Assembly (NCBI GenBank): GCA_030620735.1
Contig: JAUXDV010000001.1
Coordinates: 1 to 32,297 of the forward strand
Length of the DNA stretch: 32,297 bases
Reading direction: 5' to 3'
Source: Gammaproteobacteria bacterium
GTDB taxonomy: Bacteria; Pseudomonadota; Gammaproteobacteria; Chromatiales; Chromatiaceae
The notes below the pieces were generated by a model that did no database searches, had not been told where the DNA came from, and worked only from the letters and a program-made list of their open reading frames with translations. Of this stretch, positions 7,111 through 15,746 are shown in pieces; position 1 is the stretch's first letter, and each line of letters starts with the position of its first letter. Position numbers and translations under genes: made by a program.

Positions 7111-7937
7111 AAGTCGATCACTCCTTCAAAAACCGCCACTGCAGGGCCAGTCATCCACACAGGCGCGCCATCACCGCTCCAGCTTATCACAAGCTCGCCG
7201 CCGCGCACCTTCACATTGACTCTCTCATCGAGAAGCCCACGCTGAATACCGGTGACTACTGCTGCGCAGGCCCCCGTACCGCAGGCGAATGTCTCACCAG
7301 TCCCCCGCTCATAGACGCGCAGCGCAATCTCAGAACGTGACAGCACCTGCATGAATCCGGCATTGACGCGTTGCGGGAACAGCGCCTGTGACTCCAACAG
7401 CGGCCCCAGCCGCTCGACATCCGTGCGCGCTACATCATCGACAAGCATCACAGCATGCGGGTTTCCCATCGACACAACGCCGACCTGATACACTTCGCCA
7501 TCGAGCTCAATCGGATAGGTCAGCGCCTGCTGCCTGGCATCAAACGGGATTTGCGAAGGAATAAACCGCGGTACGCCCATATCGATACGCACCAGGTGAT
7601 CCGCCTCATGATAAAGAGTGATGCTTCCACTGGCTGTCCCCACCCGCAACACATCCTTTCCGGAGAGTTCCTGGTCACGCACAAAGCAGGCAAAACAGCG
7701 TGCGCCATTGCCGCACTGCTCGACCTCCCCGCCATCCGCATTATAGATACGGTAGTAAAAATCGGTATCCACAGTGCGCGCCGCCTCAACCAACAGCACC
7801 TGGTCGCAGCCGATGCCAAAACGCCGATCGGCAATGAAACGGATCTGCCCGGCGCTCAACTCAAGCTGCTGATCAATGGCATTGAAGACCACAAAATCGT
7901 TGCCGAGACCGTGCATTTTTGTAAAAGAGAGTTGCAT
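7107..7937 (-). CDS. dapF: diaminopimelate epimerase
   Basis: [18 protein letters not shown] is the N-terminal signature. The two catalytic Cys motifs are present (EQCGNGARC and FACGTGACA). The protein is 276 aa. Confidence 0.95.
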   Translation of the reverse strand: MQLSFTKMHGLGNDFVVFNAIDQQLELSAGQIRFIADRRFGIGCDQVLLVEAARTVDTDFYYRIYNADGGEVEQCGNGARCFACFVRDQELSGKDVLRVGTASGSITLYHEADHLVRIDMGVPRFIPSQIPFDARQQALTYPIELDGEVYQVGVVSMGNPHAVMLVDDVARTDVERLGPLLESQALFPQRVNAGFMQVLSRSEIALRVYERGTGETFACGTGACAAVVTGIQRGLLDERVNVKVRGGELVISWSGDGAPVWMTGPAVAVFEGVIDL

Positions 7938-8053
7938 CCGCTAAGTTTAGCAGAAGCAGCGCTCTCAAGAGCGGAGGGATAAGGATCGGGGCAAGGAGTG
8001 AGTGGAGGGTGTCAATAAGCTCCGCGCATGTGCACCGCATGTCTGATTTTTTT

Positions 8054-8082
8054 ACCACAGATGAACACAGATACACACAGAT
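8054..8082 (+). repeat. short tandem repeat: CACAGAT recurring three times with a 10-bp period
   Basis: CACAGAT occurs at 8056-8062, 8066-8072 and 8076-8082 (ACCACAGATGAACACAGATACACACAGAT). A related ACCACAGATAAACACGG lies at the window end (32279-32295). Confidence 0.8.
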
Positions 8083-8158
8083 TTTGCTCTGCGCCATAAG
8101 ATCCCTCGTCGCTCGTCCCTCACTTCCCTCGGGATGACACTGGTAAAATCTCACTCTT

Positions 8159-8240
8159 TGTCATTTCGAGCGCAGCGAGAAATCCAAAAAACTCGTAGAT
8201 TCATGGCCGGCTATGATCTCTCCCTGCGGTCGAGATGACA
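8159..8240. repeat. 82-bp inverted-repeat (MITE/REP-like) element
   Basis: The left arm is TGTCATTTCGAGCGCAGCGAGAAATC (8159-8184). Its reverse complement GATTTCTCGCTGCGCTCGAAATGACA resembles the right arm GATCTCTCCCTGCGGTCGAGATGACA (8215-8240). A third partial arm ...CTCGGGATGACA lies at 8128-8139. Confidence 0.7.
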
Positions 8241-8254
8241 GGCCACGCATCGCT

Positions 8255-9346
8255 TCAGGAGTCGGCAAGTGATGGATAGTCGTTGTAGCCTTCCGCACCG
8301 CCGCCATAGAAGGTCTCCGGGTCCGCCTCGTTCAGCGCTGCATCCTGTGCAAAGCGCTCGACAAGATCAGGGTTCGCGATATAGGGTACGCCAAAGGAGA
8401 CCATGTCCGCCTCGCCTGCTGCAAGAGTCGCATTGGCGCGCTTTTTATCATAGCCACCATTGGTCATGTAGTTCCCATCCCAATGCTGCTTCAGCGAGCG
8501 CAGATCAAAAGCCGGACCAGCCGCGCCCGGGGTCTCACTGCCCATCTCCGTGACATGCAGGTAGGCCAGGGCGAACTGATTCAGCATCGCTACAACCCTG
8601 GTGAAGGTTGCCTCGGGGTCTGAATCACGCATGTCATTGAATGGCTGCAACGGAGAGATGCGTATGCCGACGCGGTCATCACTCCATACCGAGGCGACCG
8701 CCTCCGTCACCTCCATCAGCAAGCGCACCCGGTTGTCAATGGAGCCGCCGTAGGAATCGTTGCGCTGATTCGTTCCGTCGCGCAGAAACTGGTCCAGCAG
8801 GTAGCCATTGGCGGCATGAATCTCGACACCGTCAAAACCGGCCTGCTTGGCATTGGCCGCAGCCGTCCGGTACTGCGTGATAATTGAAGGGATCTCGTCA
8901 AGCTCGAGCGCCCGCGGCATCACAAAGGGCCGGGGGCCGCTATAGGTGATTGCTTCGCCATCGGGCTTGATCGCTGACGGCGCCACGGGCAGCGTTTCGC
9001 CGGGAAGCAGCGAAGGGTGGGAGACTCTGCCTGTGTGCCAGAGCTGCAGAAAGATATGTCCGCCCTTCTCATGCACGGCATCGGTCACCGCCGTCCAGCC
9101 GGCAACCTGTTCATCGCTGTGAATGCCGGGGGTTGCCGGATAACCAAGCGCATTATCGGCTATTTGACTCCCCTCTGTCACGATCAGACCTGCACTCGCA
9201 CGCTGGGAGTAATGTTTGACATTCAATGACTGCGGCACATTACCCTCTGCTGCGCGGTTGCGCGTCATTGGTGCCATGACAATACGATTTGCCAGGTGAT
9301 AGGGGCCGACCTGGATTGGGGTGAAGAGATCAATATTCGACATCAT
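8255..9346 (-). CDS. NADH:flavin oxidoreductase / N-ethylmaleimide reductase-like (Old Yellow Enzyme family)
   Basis: The sequence starts MMSNIDLFTPIQVGPYHLANRIVMAPMTRNRA and contains HAANGYLLDQFL and GFDGVEIH motifs. I moved the start to the ATG pair at 9341-9346, because the upstream 9 codons (MCCYYVAKS) look non-native. Confidence 0.85.
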   Translation of the reverse strand: MMSNIDLFTPIQVGPYHLANRIVMAPMTRNRAAEGNVPQSLNVKHYSQRASAGLIVTEGSQIADNALGYPATPGIHSDEQVAGWTAVTDAVHEKGGHIFLQLWHTGRVSHPSLLPGETLPVAPSAIKPDGEAITYSGPRPFVMPRALELDEIPSIITQYRTAAANAKQAGFDGVEIHAANGYLLDQFLRDGTNQRNDSYGGSIDNRVRLLMEVTEAVASVWSDDRVGIRISPLQPFNDMRDSDPEATFTRVVAMLNQFALAYLHVTEMGSETPGAAGPAFDLRSLKQHWDGNYMTNGGYDKKRANATLAAGEADMVSFGVPYIANPDLVERFAQDAALNEADPETFYGGGAEGYNDYPSLADS

Positions 9347-9458
9347 GGATTTTGCCACGTAATAACAACACACTAATCCTAACCCATAAACCGTGATTAT
9401 TTCAAAAATATGGTAAAGTCCGCCTCATATCAATCAATGACCATGAGACACACAAGAG

Positions 9459-9842
9459 ATGAAGTATATTGTTGAATCACAAAAAAGTCTGGAGCAGGCT
9501 GCAGCCGACCTGGAAGCCGCTGTCGTCAAGCACAAGTTTGGCGTCCTGCATGTTCACGATCTGCAGGCGACCCTGAAAAACAAAGGCATTGATTTTCCCA
9601 ATGGATGCAAAGTTTTTGAAGTCTGCAATCCTCACAAGGCAAACACTGTACTCAACGAGGACATGAGTCTGAACATGGCACTGCCCTGCCGCATCTCCGT
9701 GTGGGAAGAGGATGGAACAACTAAAATCGGCATGCTCAGCCCCAAAGCCCTGCTGTCGGCGTTGTCGGACTCTCCTGTGCTCGCAAAGGTTGCCGAAGAG
9801 GTTGAAGCGATCTCGATCGACATCATCAATGACGCGAAGTAG
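9459..9842 (+). CDS. DUF302 domain protein
   Basis: It is 127 aa. The pattern KHKFGVLHVHDLQATLKNKGIDF...VFEVCNP...MALPCRISVWEEDG matches the DUF302 fold family as I recall it. Confidence 0.7.
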   Translation: MKYIVESQKSLEQAAADLEAAVVKHKFGVLHVHDLQATLKNKGIDFPNGCKVFEVCNPHKANTVLNEDMSLNMALPCRISVWEEDGTTKIGMLSPKALLSALSDSPVLAKVAEEVEAISIDIINDAK

Positions 9843-9900
9843 CACAACGCATGCTCAAAACGACGATTGATCAAGCAAGCTAAATTCTGGATTAATAGAT

Positions 9901-9921
9901 AGGTTTTAGGTTTTAGGTTTT
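9901..9921 (+). repeat. AGGTTTT heptamer tandem repeat (3 units)
   Basis: AGGTTTTAGGTTTTAGGTTTT is read directly. The same heptamer array recurs at 22487-22514. Confidence 0.9.
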
Positions 9922-9983
9922 CGCGGGCTATCGATCCCTGTTGGTATAGAATTCACCGATCTTATTGTACTGAGGAACCTGCA

Positions 9984-10430
9984 ATGCGTTTTTTACGATA
10001 TTTCGTGCCCCTGCTGATGCTGCTCATCGGCGTCGTGTTTTTGAGCTTTGGTTATCAGCATTGGCAGAAATCCAGCCAACTGCTACGGGCGTCAACTGCC
10101 ACCGAAGGCGTGATAGTCAGTGTAGATCCGTTCATGTCCAGCAAGGCCGGCAAATCCTCGTCGCTGCAGTACTTCCCCAAAGTGGCATTCACAACATCTG
10201 CAGGTGAGCAGGTTGAGTTTCAATCAACGGTGACTCGCCGTGCAGATCATTACAAAAAAGGCGACCAGGTGCGGGTGCTCTACCAGCAGGATGACCCGCA
10301 AACAGCGGTCATCGGCTCGTTCAACGACCTGTGGGCGCTGGCGCTCATCTTCGCAGTTTCCGGCGTGATGGTGATGCTGCTCTCCGGCTGGTTTTTTCGC
10401 CGCGCCCTTCGCGCTGAAAAACAGAATTGA
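9984..10430 (+). CDS. DUF3592-like membrane protein
   Basis: It has an N-terminal TM segment (FVPLLMLLIGVVFLSFGY) and a C-terminal TM segment (LWALALIFAVSGVMVMLLSGWFF). The beta-rich middle contains GDQVRVLYQQDDP, typical of DUF3592. Confidence 0.65.
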   Translation: MRFLRYFVPLLMLLIGVVFLSFGYQHWQKSSQLLRASTATEGVIVSVDPFMSSKAGKSSSLQYFPKVAFTTSAGEQVEFQSTVTRRADHYKKGDQVRVLYQQDDPQTAVIGSFNDLWALALIFAVSGVMVMLLSGWFFRRALRAEKQN

Positions 10431-10451
10431 TGCTCATTCAACCGGTGAGTC

Positions 10452-10472
10452 CCCTCTCCCTTTGGGAGAGGG
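10452..10472. repeat. GC-rich hairpin (REP-like) between convergent genes
   Basis: CCCTCTCCC-TTT-GGGAGAGGG forms a 9-bp stem and is followed by TTAGGGTGAGGGAGG. It has no U-tract on either strand, so it is not a canonical intrinsic terminator. It lies between the DUF3592 stop (10430) and the pat stop (10491). Confidence 0.6.
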
Positions 10473-10490
10473 TTAGGGTGAGGGAGGACG

Positions 10491-13172
10491 TTAAAGCCAT
10501 CGCTCCACATGCCGGATGGAGGGATCTTCAGGGGAGGCGGTGATCGAGAATCCAAGTGATTTCATAAGCGAAAGCATACGATGGTTATTTGACATCACTT
10601 CACCCTCCACCACGCGGACACCATGGCCACGGGCGGCTTCCATGATCGCTTCCATCAATTGAGAGCCTATCCCCTGGCCACCATACTTGTCGGATACTGC
10701 AAGCGCAAATTCACAGGAATTGCCATCGGGGTTGACCACATAGCGCCCCACTCCGATCTGCTCACATTGCTCCTGCTCCTTGATAACCGCTATGAGGGCC
10801 ATTTCACGGCTGTAGTCCAGCTGGGTGTAACGCACCAGCATCTCGGGACTCAATTCAGTGAGAGCGCGTATGAATCTGAAGTACTTGGCTTCGGCCGATA
10901 GGTTGCGCACGAACTCCTGTTCGATCTCCGCATCTTCCGGGCGAATGGGGCGGATCGTCATGACTGTGCCGTCTGCAAGATAGGCATGCCGGGTAAGATG
11001 GGACGGATAGGGGTGAATCGCCATATGGGAATATGGAACCGGTGAGGTGGGCGGCCGCTTTACCCGGATACGCGCATCAACCACCATCACGCCATCCTTG
11101 TCTGCAAACAGCGGGTTGATATCCATCTCCTGAATATGCGGGAGCTCGCACACCATCTCCGAGATCCGCAGCAGCACATCTTCCACCGCTGTTTTATCCA
11201 CGGCCTCCATCTTGCGAAAGGCGCCGAGCAAATGCGTCACACGGGTCCTGTTGATCAGGCGCTTCGCCAAAACGCGGTTCAGAGGAGGTATGGCCACCGC
11301 ATTGTCACGCATGATCTCTGCCATTGTTCCTCCCGCGCCAAAGGCAATGACCGGTCCGAAGACCGGATCCCGCTTGACCCCGACCATAAGCTCGCGTGCA
11401 TCTGCACTGGAAGCCATGGGCTCGACCGTGACACCACGCACCTCGGCGTCAGGCTTTATGCGCTGCGCCTCATCCACCAGGGATTTATAGGTGGTTCGCA
11501 CATCCGGAGCATTGAGGATATTGATTTTCACCCCCCCGACATCAGACTTGTGAGTGATCTGCGCAGAGCTGATCTTCATCACCACCGGAAACCCCAGCGA
11601 CTCGGCATGCACCAGGGCCTCGGCAGCGCTTCTCGCCTCCAGCGTTGGCGTACAGGGGATACGAAAAGCATTGAGGATGGCTTTGGATTCCGTATCGGAG
11701 AGCATATCACGCCGCTCCGCCAACACGGACTCGATAATCATCTTCGCGCCCTCGACATCAGGCGCCCTGGAATCAGTCAGTGGCCCGGGCGTCTGCAGCA
11801 GCAGCTTTTGATTGCAATAGTAATGACAGAGATAGGCGAAGGCTTCGACAGCCCGTTCCGGGGAAACGAAGCTCGGGACACCGCTGGCGGAGAAAATTTT
11901 GCGAGCCTCCTGCACCCTGGTCTCACCCATCCAGCAGGCGATTACCGGCTTCTCCTGATGATTTTTTGCGGCTTCGATGACTGCCTGTGCCGTCTCTTTC
12001 GGAGCGCTCATCGCTTGTGGCGTAAGCAGCGTCAGCACGCCGTCAACGTTCGGGTCTTTCAGGCAGGCCTCCACAACCTCGGCGTATCTTTGCGGCGAGG
12101 CGTCTCCCAGAAGATCTACCGGATTGCCGTGTGACCAGTGGGTAGGCAGAATTTTATTCAGCAGTGCGAGAGTCTCCGCAGTGAGCGTGGCAATTTCCAC
12201 GCCCATATCCTCGGCCCGGTCGGTGGCCAGTACGCCCGGCCCCCCGCCATTTGTGACGATGGCCAGCCGGTTGCCATTCACCCTTCTACCGGTAGAGAGA
12301 ATTGCGGCTGCGGCAAACAGCTGGCTAAAGGTCATGGCGCGGACCGCGCCCGCTCGCTCGAGCGCCGCATCAAACACATCGTCCTCGCCAATCATAGCTC
12401 CAGTATGCGTATACGCGGCGCGTGAACCTGCCCGGTGGCGGCCCGCTTTGAGAACGATAACCGGCTTGGCATGGGCTGCGCTGCGCAGACCGCTCATAAA
12501 GGCGCGAGCATCATGCACGCCTTCCACGTAGAGCAGAATGGCATCGGTTTTCTGATCGACCACCAGATAATCAAGAATGTCACCAAAGTCCACATCGGCG
12601 GCATTTCCCAGCGAAACAACGGTAGAGAACCCCAGCTGGTGCGGTACAGACCAGTCAAGAATAGCGGTGCACAGAGCACCTGACTGGGAGATCAAAGCCA
12701 GGCGGCCGTCCGGCGCCAGGGCGTCCAGGTGGGTGGCATTCAGGCCGATGCCAGGGCGCATCAAACCCAGGCAGTTGGGACCCAGCAGATGGATACCGTG
12801 ATGGCGCGCACTATTCGCCAGGGAATCCTCCAGCCGCTGGCCCTTTTTGCCGACTTCACGGAACCCCGCACTCAGCACGATAGCCGCTGCAACATCCTGC
12901 TCCCCGCAGCTGCGCATGATATCCAGAACTGTCGCGGCCGGCGTGGCGATAATGGCCAGATCGACTGTCGCATCCACCTCTTCCAGGCTCTTGTAGCAGC
13001 GGTGTCCCTGGATCTTTTTATGCTTGGAATTGATCGGGTACAACCCGCCGCGAAAACCCGCCTCAATCAGGTTTTGGAATACGCGTGCGCCAACACTGTC
13101 CTGTTCTTCACTGGCGCCGAACACGGCGATATTGTGGGGAGAAAAAAGTGCTTCCAGGTGATGCGGACCCAT
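10491..13172 (-). CDS. pat: Pat/YfiQ-type protein lysine acetyltransferase (NDP-forming acyl-CoA-synthetase-like domains plus a C-terminal GNAT)
   Basis: The protein is 893 aa. It has an N-terminal CoA-binding domain (IAVFGASEEQDSVGARVFQNL) and an ATP-grasp-like middle. The C-terminal GNAT domain is (YGGQGIGSQLMEAIMEAARGHG). This architecture matches Salmonella Pat and E. coli PatZ. Confidence 0.85.
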   Translation of the reverse strand: MGPHHLEALFSPHNIAVFGASEEQDSVGARVFQNLIEAGFRGGLYPINSKHKKIQGHRCYKSLEEVDATVDLAIIATPAATVLDIMRSCGEQDVAAAIVLSAGFREVGKKGQRLEDSLANSARHHGIHLLGPNCLGLMRPGIGLNATHLDALAPDGRLALISQSGALCTAILDWSVPHQLGFSTVVSLGNAADVDFGDILDYLVVDQKTDAILLYVEGVHDARAFMSGLRSAAHAKPVIVLKAGRHRAGSRAAYTHTGAMIGEDDVFDAALERAGAVRAMTFSQLFAAAAILSTGRRVNGNRLAIVTNGGGPGVLATDRAEDMGVEIATLTAETLALLNKILPTHWSHGNPVDLLGDASPQRYAEVVEACLKDPNVDGVLTLLTPQAMSAPKETAQAVIEAAKNHQEKPVIACWMGETRVQEARKIFSASGVPSFVSPERAVEAFAYLCHYYCNQKLLLQTPGPLTDSRAPDVEGAKMIIESVLAERRDMLSDTESKAILNAFRIPCTPTLEARSAAEALVHAESLGFPVVMKISSAQITHKSDVGGVKINILNAPDVRTTYKSLVDEAQRIKPDAEVRGVTVEPMASSADARELMVGVKRDPVFGPVIAFGAGGTMAEIMRDNAVAIPPLNRVLAKRLINRTRVTHLLGAFRKMEAVDKTAVEDVLLRISEMVCELPHIQEMDINPLFADKDGVMVVDARIRVKRPPTSPVPYSHMAIHPYPSHLTRHAYLADGTVMTIRPIRPEDAEIEQEFVRNLSAEAKYFRFIRALTELSPEMLVRYTQLDYSREMALIAVIKEQEQCEQIGVGRYVVNPDGNSCEFALAVSDKYGGQGIGSQLMEAIMEAARGHGVRVVEGEVMSNNHRMLSLMKSLGFSITASPEDPSIRHVERWL

Positions 13173-13236
13173 AATGGTAAATCCTAGAATCCTTGATTCA
13201 CTAAAATGCTTGCAAATGAGTCAAGTTTTAAAAGAA

Positions 13237-13301
13237 TCTCTCGCTAAGAACGCAAAGGACGCAAAGGTTTTTCTTGGCGGTCTTGGCGTCTTTGCGAGAG
13301 A
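13237..13301. repeat. 65-bp imperfect palindrome built from direct sub-repeats
   Basis: The outer stem is TCTCTCGC (13237-13244) with GCGAGAGA (13294-13301). The arms contain GAACGCAAAG/GACGCAAAGG and CTTGGCGGT/CTTGGCGTC sub-repeats. It lies in the pat/HDAC divergent intergenic region. Confidence 0.7.
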
Positions 13302-13410
13302 AAATATTTTTTTCATGCCTTGTCAATCTGAGACCTGACCTCACTAGATATAATGATTTTCTTCGTCTCAGATATATGCGAGCATTGTACGCATCTTCCA
13401 GAGTACTCAC

Positions 13411-14328
13411 ATGACTATTGCTTACATTACACATCCTGACTGCCTGCTGCATGAAATCGGCAACCATCATCCGGAACGGCCCGAGCGGCTTCACGCCATC
13501 CATGACCAGTTGATCAGATCCGGGCTCGAATTTGTACTCATCCCTCACGATGCCCCCCTTATCGAAACAGTGCACCTTGAAAGAGTGCATGACCCGGATT
13601 ATGTGGCCGACCTGTTCACGCGTGCGCCGAAGCAAGGCATTCTGACGCTGGATGACGACACCATCATGATGCCGAAGACCCTGAATGCCGCACGACGGGC
13701 GGCCGGGGCTGTTGTGCGCGGGGTTGAGCTGGTGCTGGACGAAAGTTTCACCGCCGCCTTCTGTGCTGTGCGTCCTCCGGGCCACCATGCGGAGAGAGGC
13801 CGCGCCATGGGATTCTGCTATTTCAACAATGTTGCCGTAGGCGCCGCTTATGCGCTCGAGGTGAAGGGGCTTGAACGCGTGGCTATCGTCGACTTTGATG
13901 TGCATCACGGCAATGGCACCGAAGATATTTTCCAGGATGACCCGCGGGTGCTGTTCTGTTCCAGCTTTCAAAGCCCCTTCTATCCTTTTTCCGGCGAAGC
14001 AACTGATTCCGAACATATTGTCAATGTCACTCTCCCTGCCGGCAGCGGCGGAGAGCTGTTCCGCGAACAGATAGAGCGTCACTGGCTGCCAGCCCTGCAC
14101 GACTTTCAGCCGCAGCTGCTGTTGATATCAGCCGGATTCGACGCCCATGTGGAAGATGAGATGGCGCAGCTGTGTTTGCGGGATGCCGATTTTGCCTGGA
14201 TCACCACTCGTCTGAAGGAGATTGCCGACCAGTATGCGCATGGGCACATCGTTTCAACACTTGAAGGCGGATACAGCCTCGATGCATTGGGACGCAGTGT
14301 TGCTGCACACCTGGACGCCCTGCTTTAA
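13411..14328 (+). CDS. histone deacetylase-family (class II HDAC/HDAH-like) deacylase
   Basis: The motifs RPPGHHA, DFDVHHGNGTE, SAGFDAH and LEGGY are all present. The protein is 305 aa. Confidence 0.9.
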   Translation: MTIAYITHPDCLLHEIGNHHPERPERLHAIHDQLIRSGLEFVLIPHDAPLIETVHLERVHDPDYVADLFTRAPKQGILTLDDDTIMMPKTLNAARRAAGAVVRGVELVLDESFTAAFCAVRPPGHHAERGRAMGFCYFNNVAVGAAYALEVKGLERVAIVDFDVHHGNGTEDIFQDDPRVLFCSSFQSPFYPFSGEATDSEHIVNVTLPAGSGGELFREQIERHWLPALHDFQPQLLLISAGFDAHVEDEMAQLCLRDADFAWITTRLKEIADQYAHGHIVSTLEGGYSLDALGRSVAAHLDALL

Positions 14329-14335
14329 AACACTC

Positions 14336-14500
14336 CTTAGTCGTTGTCCAAAAATAACTGCCCGATCCTGCTTGCCCTGTTGTCCCTATTCTGCGTTGCA
14401 GCAAGAGTTACATAACCCTGCTATGCGCCCCTTGCTGCGCCTTGAATACGAACAACATTGCTGCGCGATATCGGCAAGTTATTTATGGACAACTCCTTAG
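14336..14500 (+). mobile_element. 165-bp MITE, copy 1
   Basis: The terminal inverted repeats are TTGTCCAAAAATAACTGCCCGAT (left) and the reverse complement TTGTCCATAAATAACTTGCCGAT (right). Both ends are bounded by CTTAG. A second copy of the same length lies at 20548-20712, with ~19 substitutions and no indels by eye. Confidence 0.8.
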
Positions 14501-15744
14501 GGCAGTAATTTCTCACCCGCGTAGAGCGATTCGACAGTTTCACGCTCGCGAATCAGATGAAACTGATCGCCATCGACCATTACCTCGGCTGCGCGCGGCC
14601 TGCTGTTGTAGTTGGAACTCATGGTAAATCCGTAAGCGCCGCTGGAGCGCACAGCCAGCAGGTCGCCTGCCCTGAGGCTGAGTTCACGATCCTTGCCCAG
14701 AAAATCACCGGTTTCACACACCGGGCCGACAATATCGTAGATGCCGTCGCGCCCTTGCGAGTTGCGGTCGAGTGGAATAATCTGCTGTACAGCCTGGTAA
14801 AGAGCGGGCCGCAGCAGGTCGTTCATGGCTGCATCGACTATCGCAAAATCTTTCTCCTGCGTGGGTTTCAGGTACTCTACTTTTGTCAGCAGCACGCCGG
14901 CATTAGCCGCAACGGCGCGGCCCGGCTCCATGATGACTTCAAGATCCAGCTTGTCGAGTCGGGTGCGGATAGCTTTTGCATACTCCTGCGGGTGCGGCGG
15001 CTCCTCGTTATTGTAGGGAACGCCCAGACCACCGCCGAGATCGATGTGGCGAATATTGATGCCCTCCTTTGCCAGGGTGTCGATCAGGGCCAGCACCCGC
15101 TCCAGTGCATCGAGGAAGGGAGAGAGCTTAGTCAACTGTGAGCCTATGTGGCTATCGATGCCGATGATTTGCAGATGCGGCAGGCGCGCAGCAAAACGAT
15201 ACAGTTCGAGTGCGGCGTCAACATCGACGCCGAACTTGTTCTCCTTCAGACCTGTGGAGATGTAGGGGTGTGTATTGGCATCGACATCCGGGTTGACGCG
15301 CAGTGAAACCGGTGCGGTTTTATGCATCGCTGCAGCGACGGCATCGAGGCGCTTCAACTCCGAGGCCGACTCCACATTGAAGCAGTGAATGCCGATGTCA
15401 AGCGCCCGCTGCAGCTCATCGACTCTTTTGCCTACTCCGGAGAAGACGATTTTAGAGGCGTCGCCGCCAGCTGCCAGCACACGCTCCAACTCACCCATCG
15501 AGACGATATCGAAACCCGAACCGAGGCGCGCCAGCAGATTCAGGACGGCAATATTGGAGTTGGCCTTGACCGCATAACAGACCAGGTGCGAATGCCCCTC
15601 GAAAGCGTCGTTGAAGGCATGCCAGTGGCGCTCGAGCGTGGCGCGGGAGTAAACATAGCAGGGAGTGCCGTAGTGTTGTGCAATCTGCGCCAGCGGAACC
15701 TCTTCTGCATAAAGTTGCTCATCGATGTAGTGGAAGTGGTCCAT
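14497..15744 (-). CDS. lysA: diaminopimelate decarboxylase
   Basis: The protein is 415 aa. It has the PLP-binding region CYAVKANSN, plus GGGLGVPY, and it contains EPGRAVAANAG and CETGDFL motifs. Confidence 0.95.
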   Translation of the reverse strand: MDHFHYIDEQLYAEEVPLAQIAQHYGTPCYVYSRATLERHWHAFNDAFEGHSHLVCYAVKANSNIAVLNLLARLGSGFDIVSMGELERVLAAGGDASKIVFSGVGKRVDELQRALDIGIHCFNVESASELKRLDAVAAAMHKTAPVSLRVNPDVDANTHPYISTGLKENKFGVDVDAALELYRFAARLPHLQIIGIDSHIGSQLTKLSPFLDALERVLALIDTLAKEGINIRHIDLGGGLGVPYNNEEPPHPQEYAKAIRTRLDKLDLEVIMEPGRAVAANAGVLLTKVEYLKPTQEKDFAIVDAAMNDLLRPALYQAVQQIIPLDRNSQGRDGIYDIVGPVCETGDFLGKDRELSLRAGDLLAVRSSGAYGFTMSSNYNSRPRAAEVMVDGDQFHLIRERETVESLYAGEKLLP

Positions 15745-15746
15745 AT

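Noticed and set aside
7873-8154. The 93-aa ORF in the dapF upstream gap and the ORF 10280..10555 (..PLPKGEGT..).
   Set aside because: Both are read through short repeat or palindromic elements and have no Shine-Dalgarno sequence or family resemblance.
13320-13354. TTGTCA ... TATAAT as the HDAC gene promoter.
   Set aside because: The hexamers are good, but by my count the spacer is 23 nt, far from the 16-18 nt optimum. I do not call it a promoter without TSS data.
14442-14627. ORFs 14442..14627 and 20654..20884, which share the N-terminus MNTNNI[AT]ARYRQ.
   Set aside because: The shared part is simply the translated right half of the two MITE copies. The sequences diverge as soon as they leave the element.
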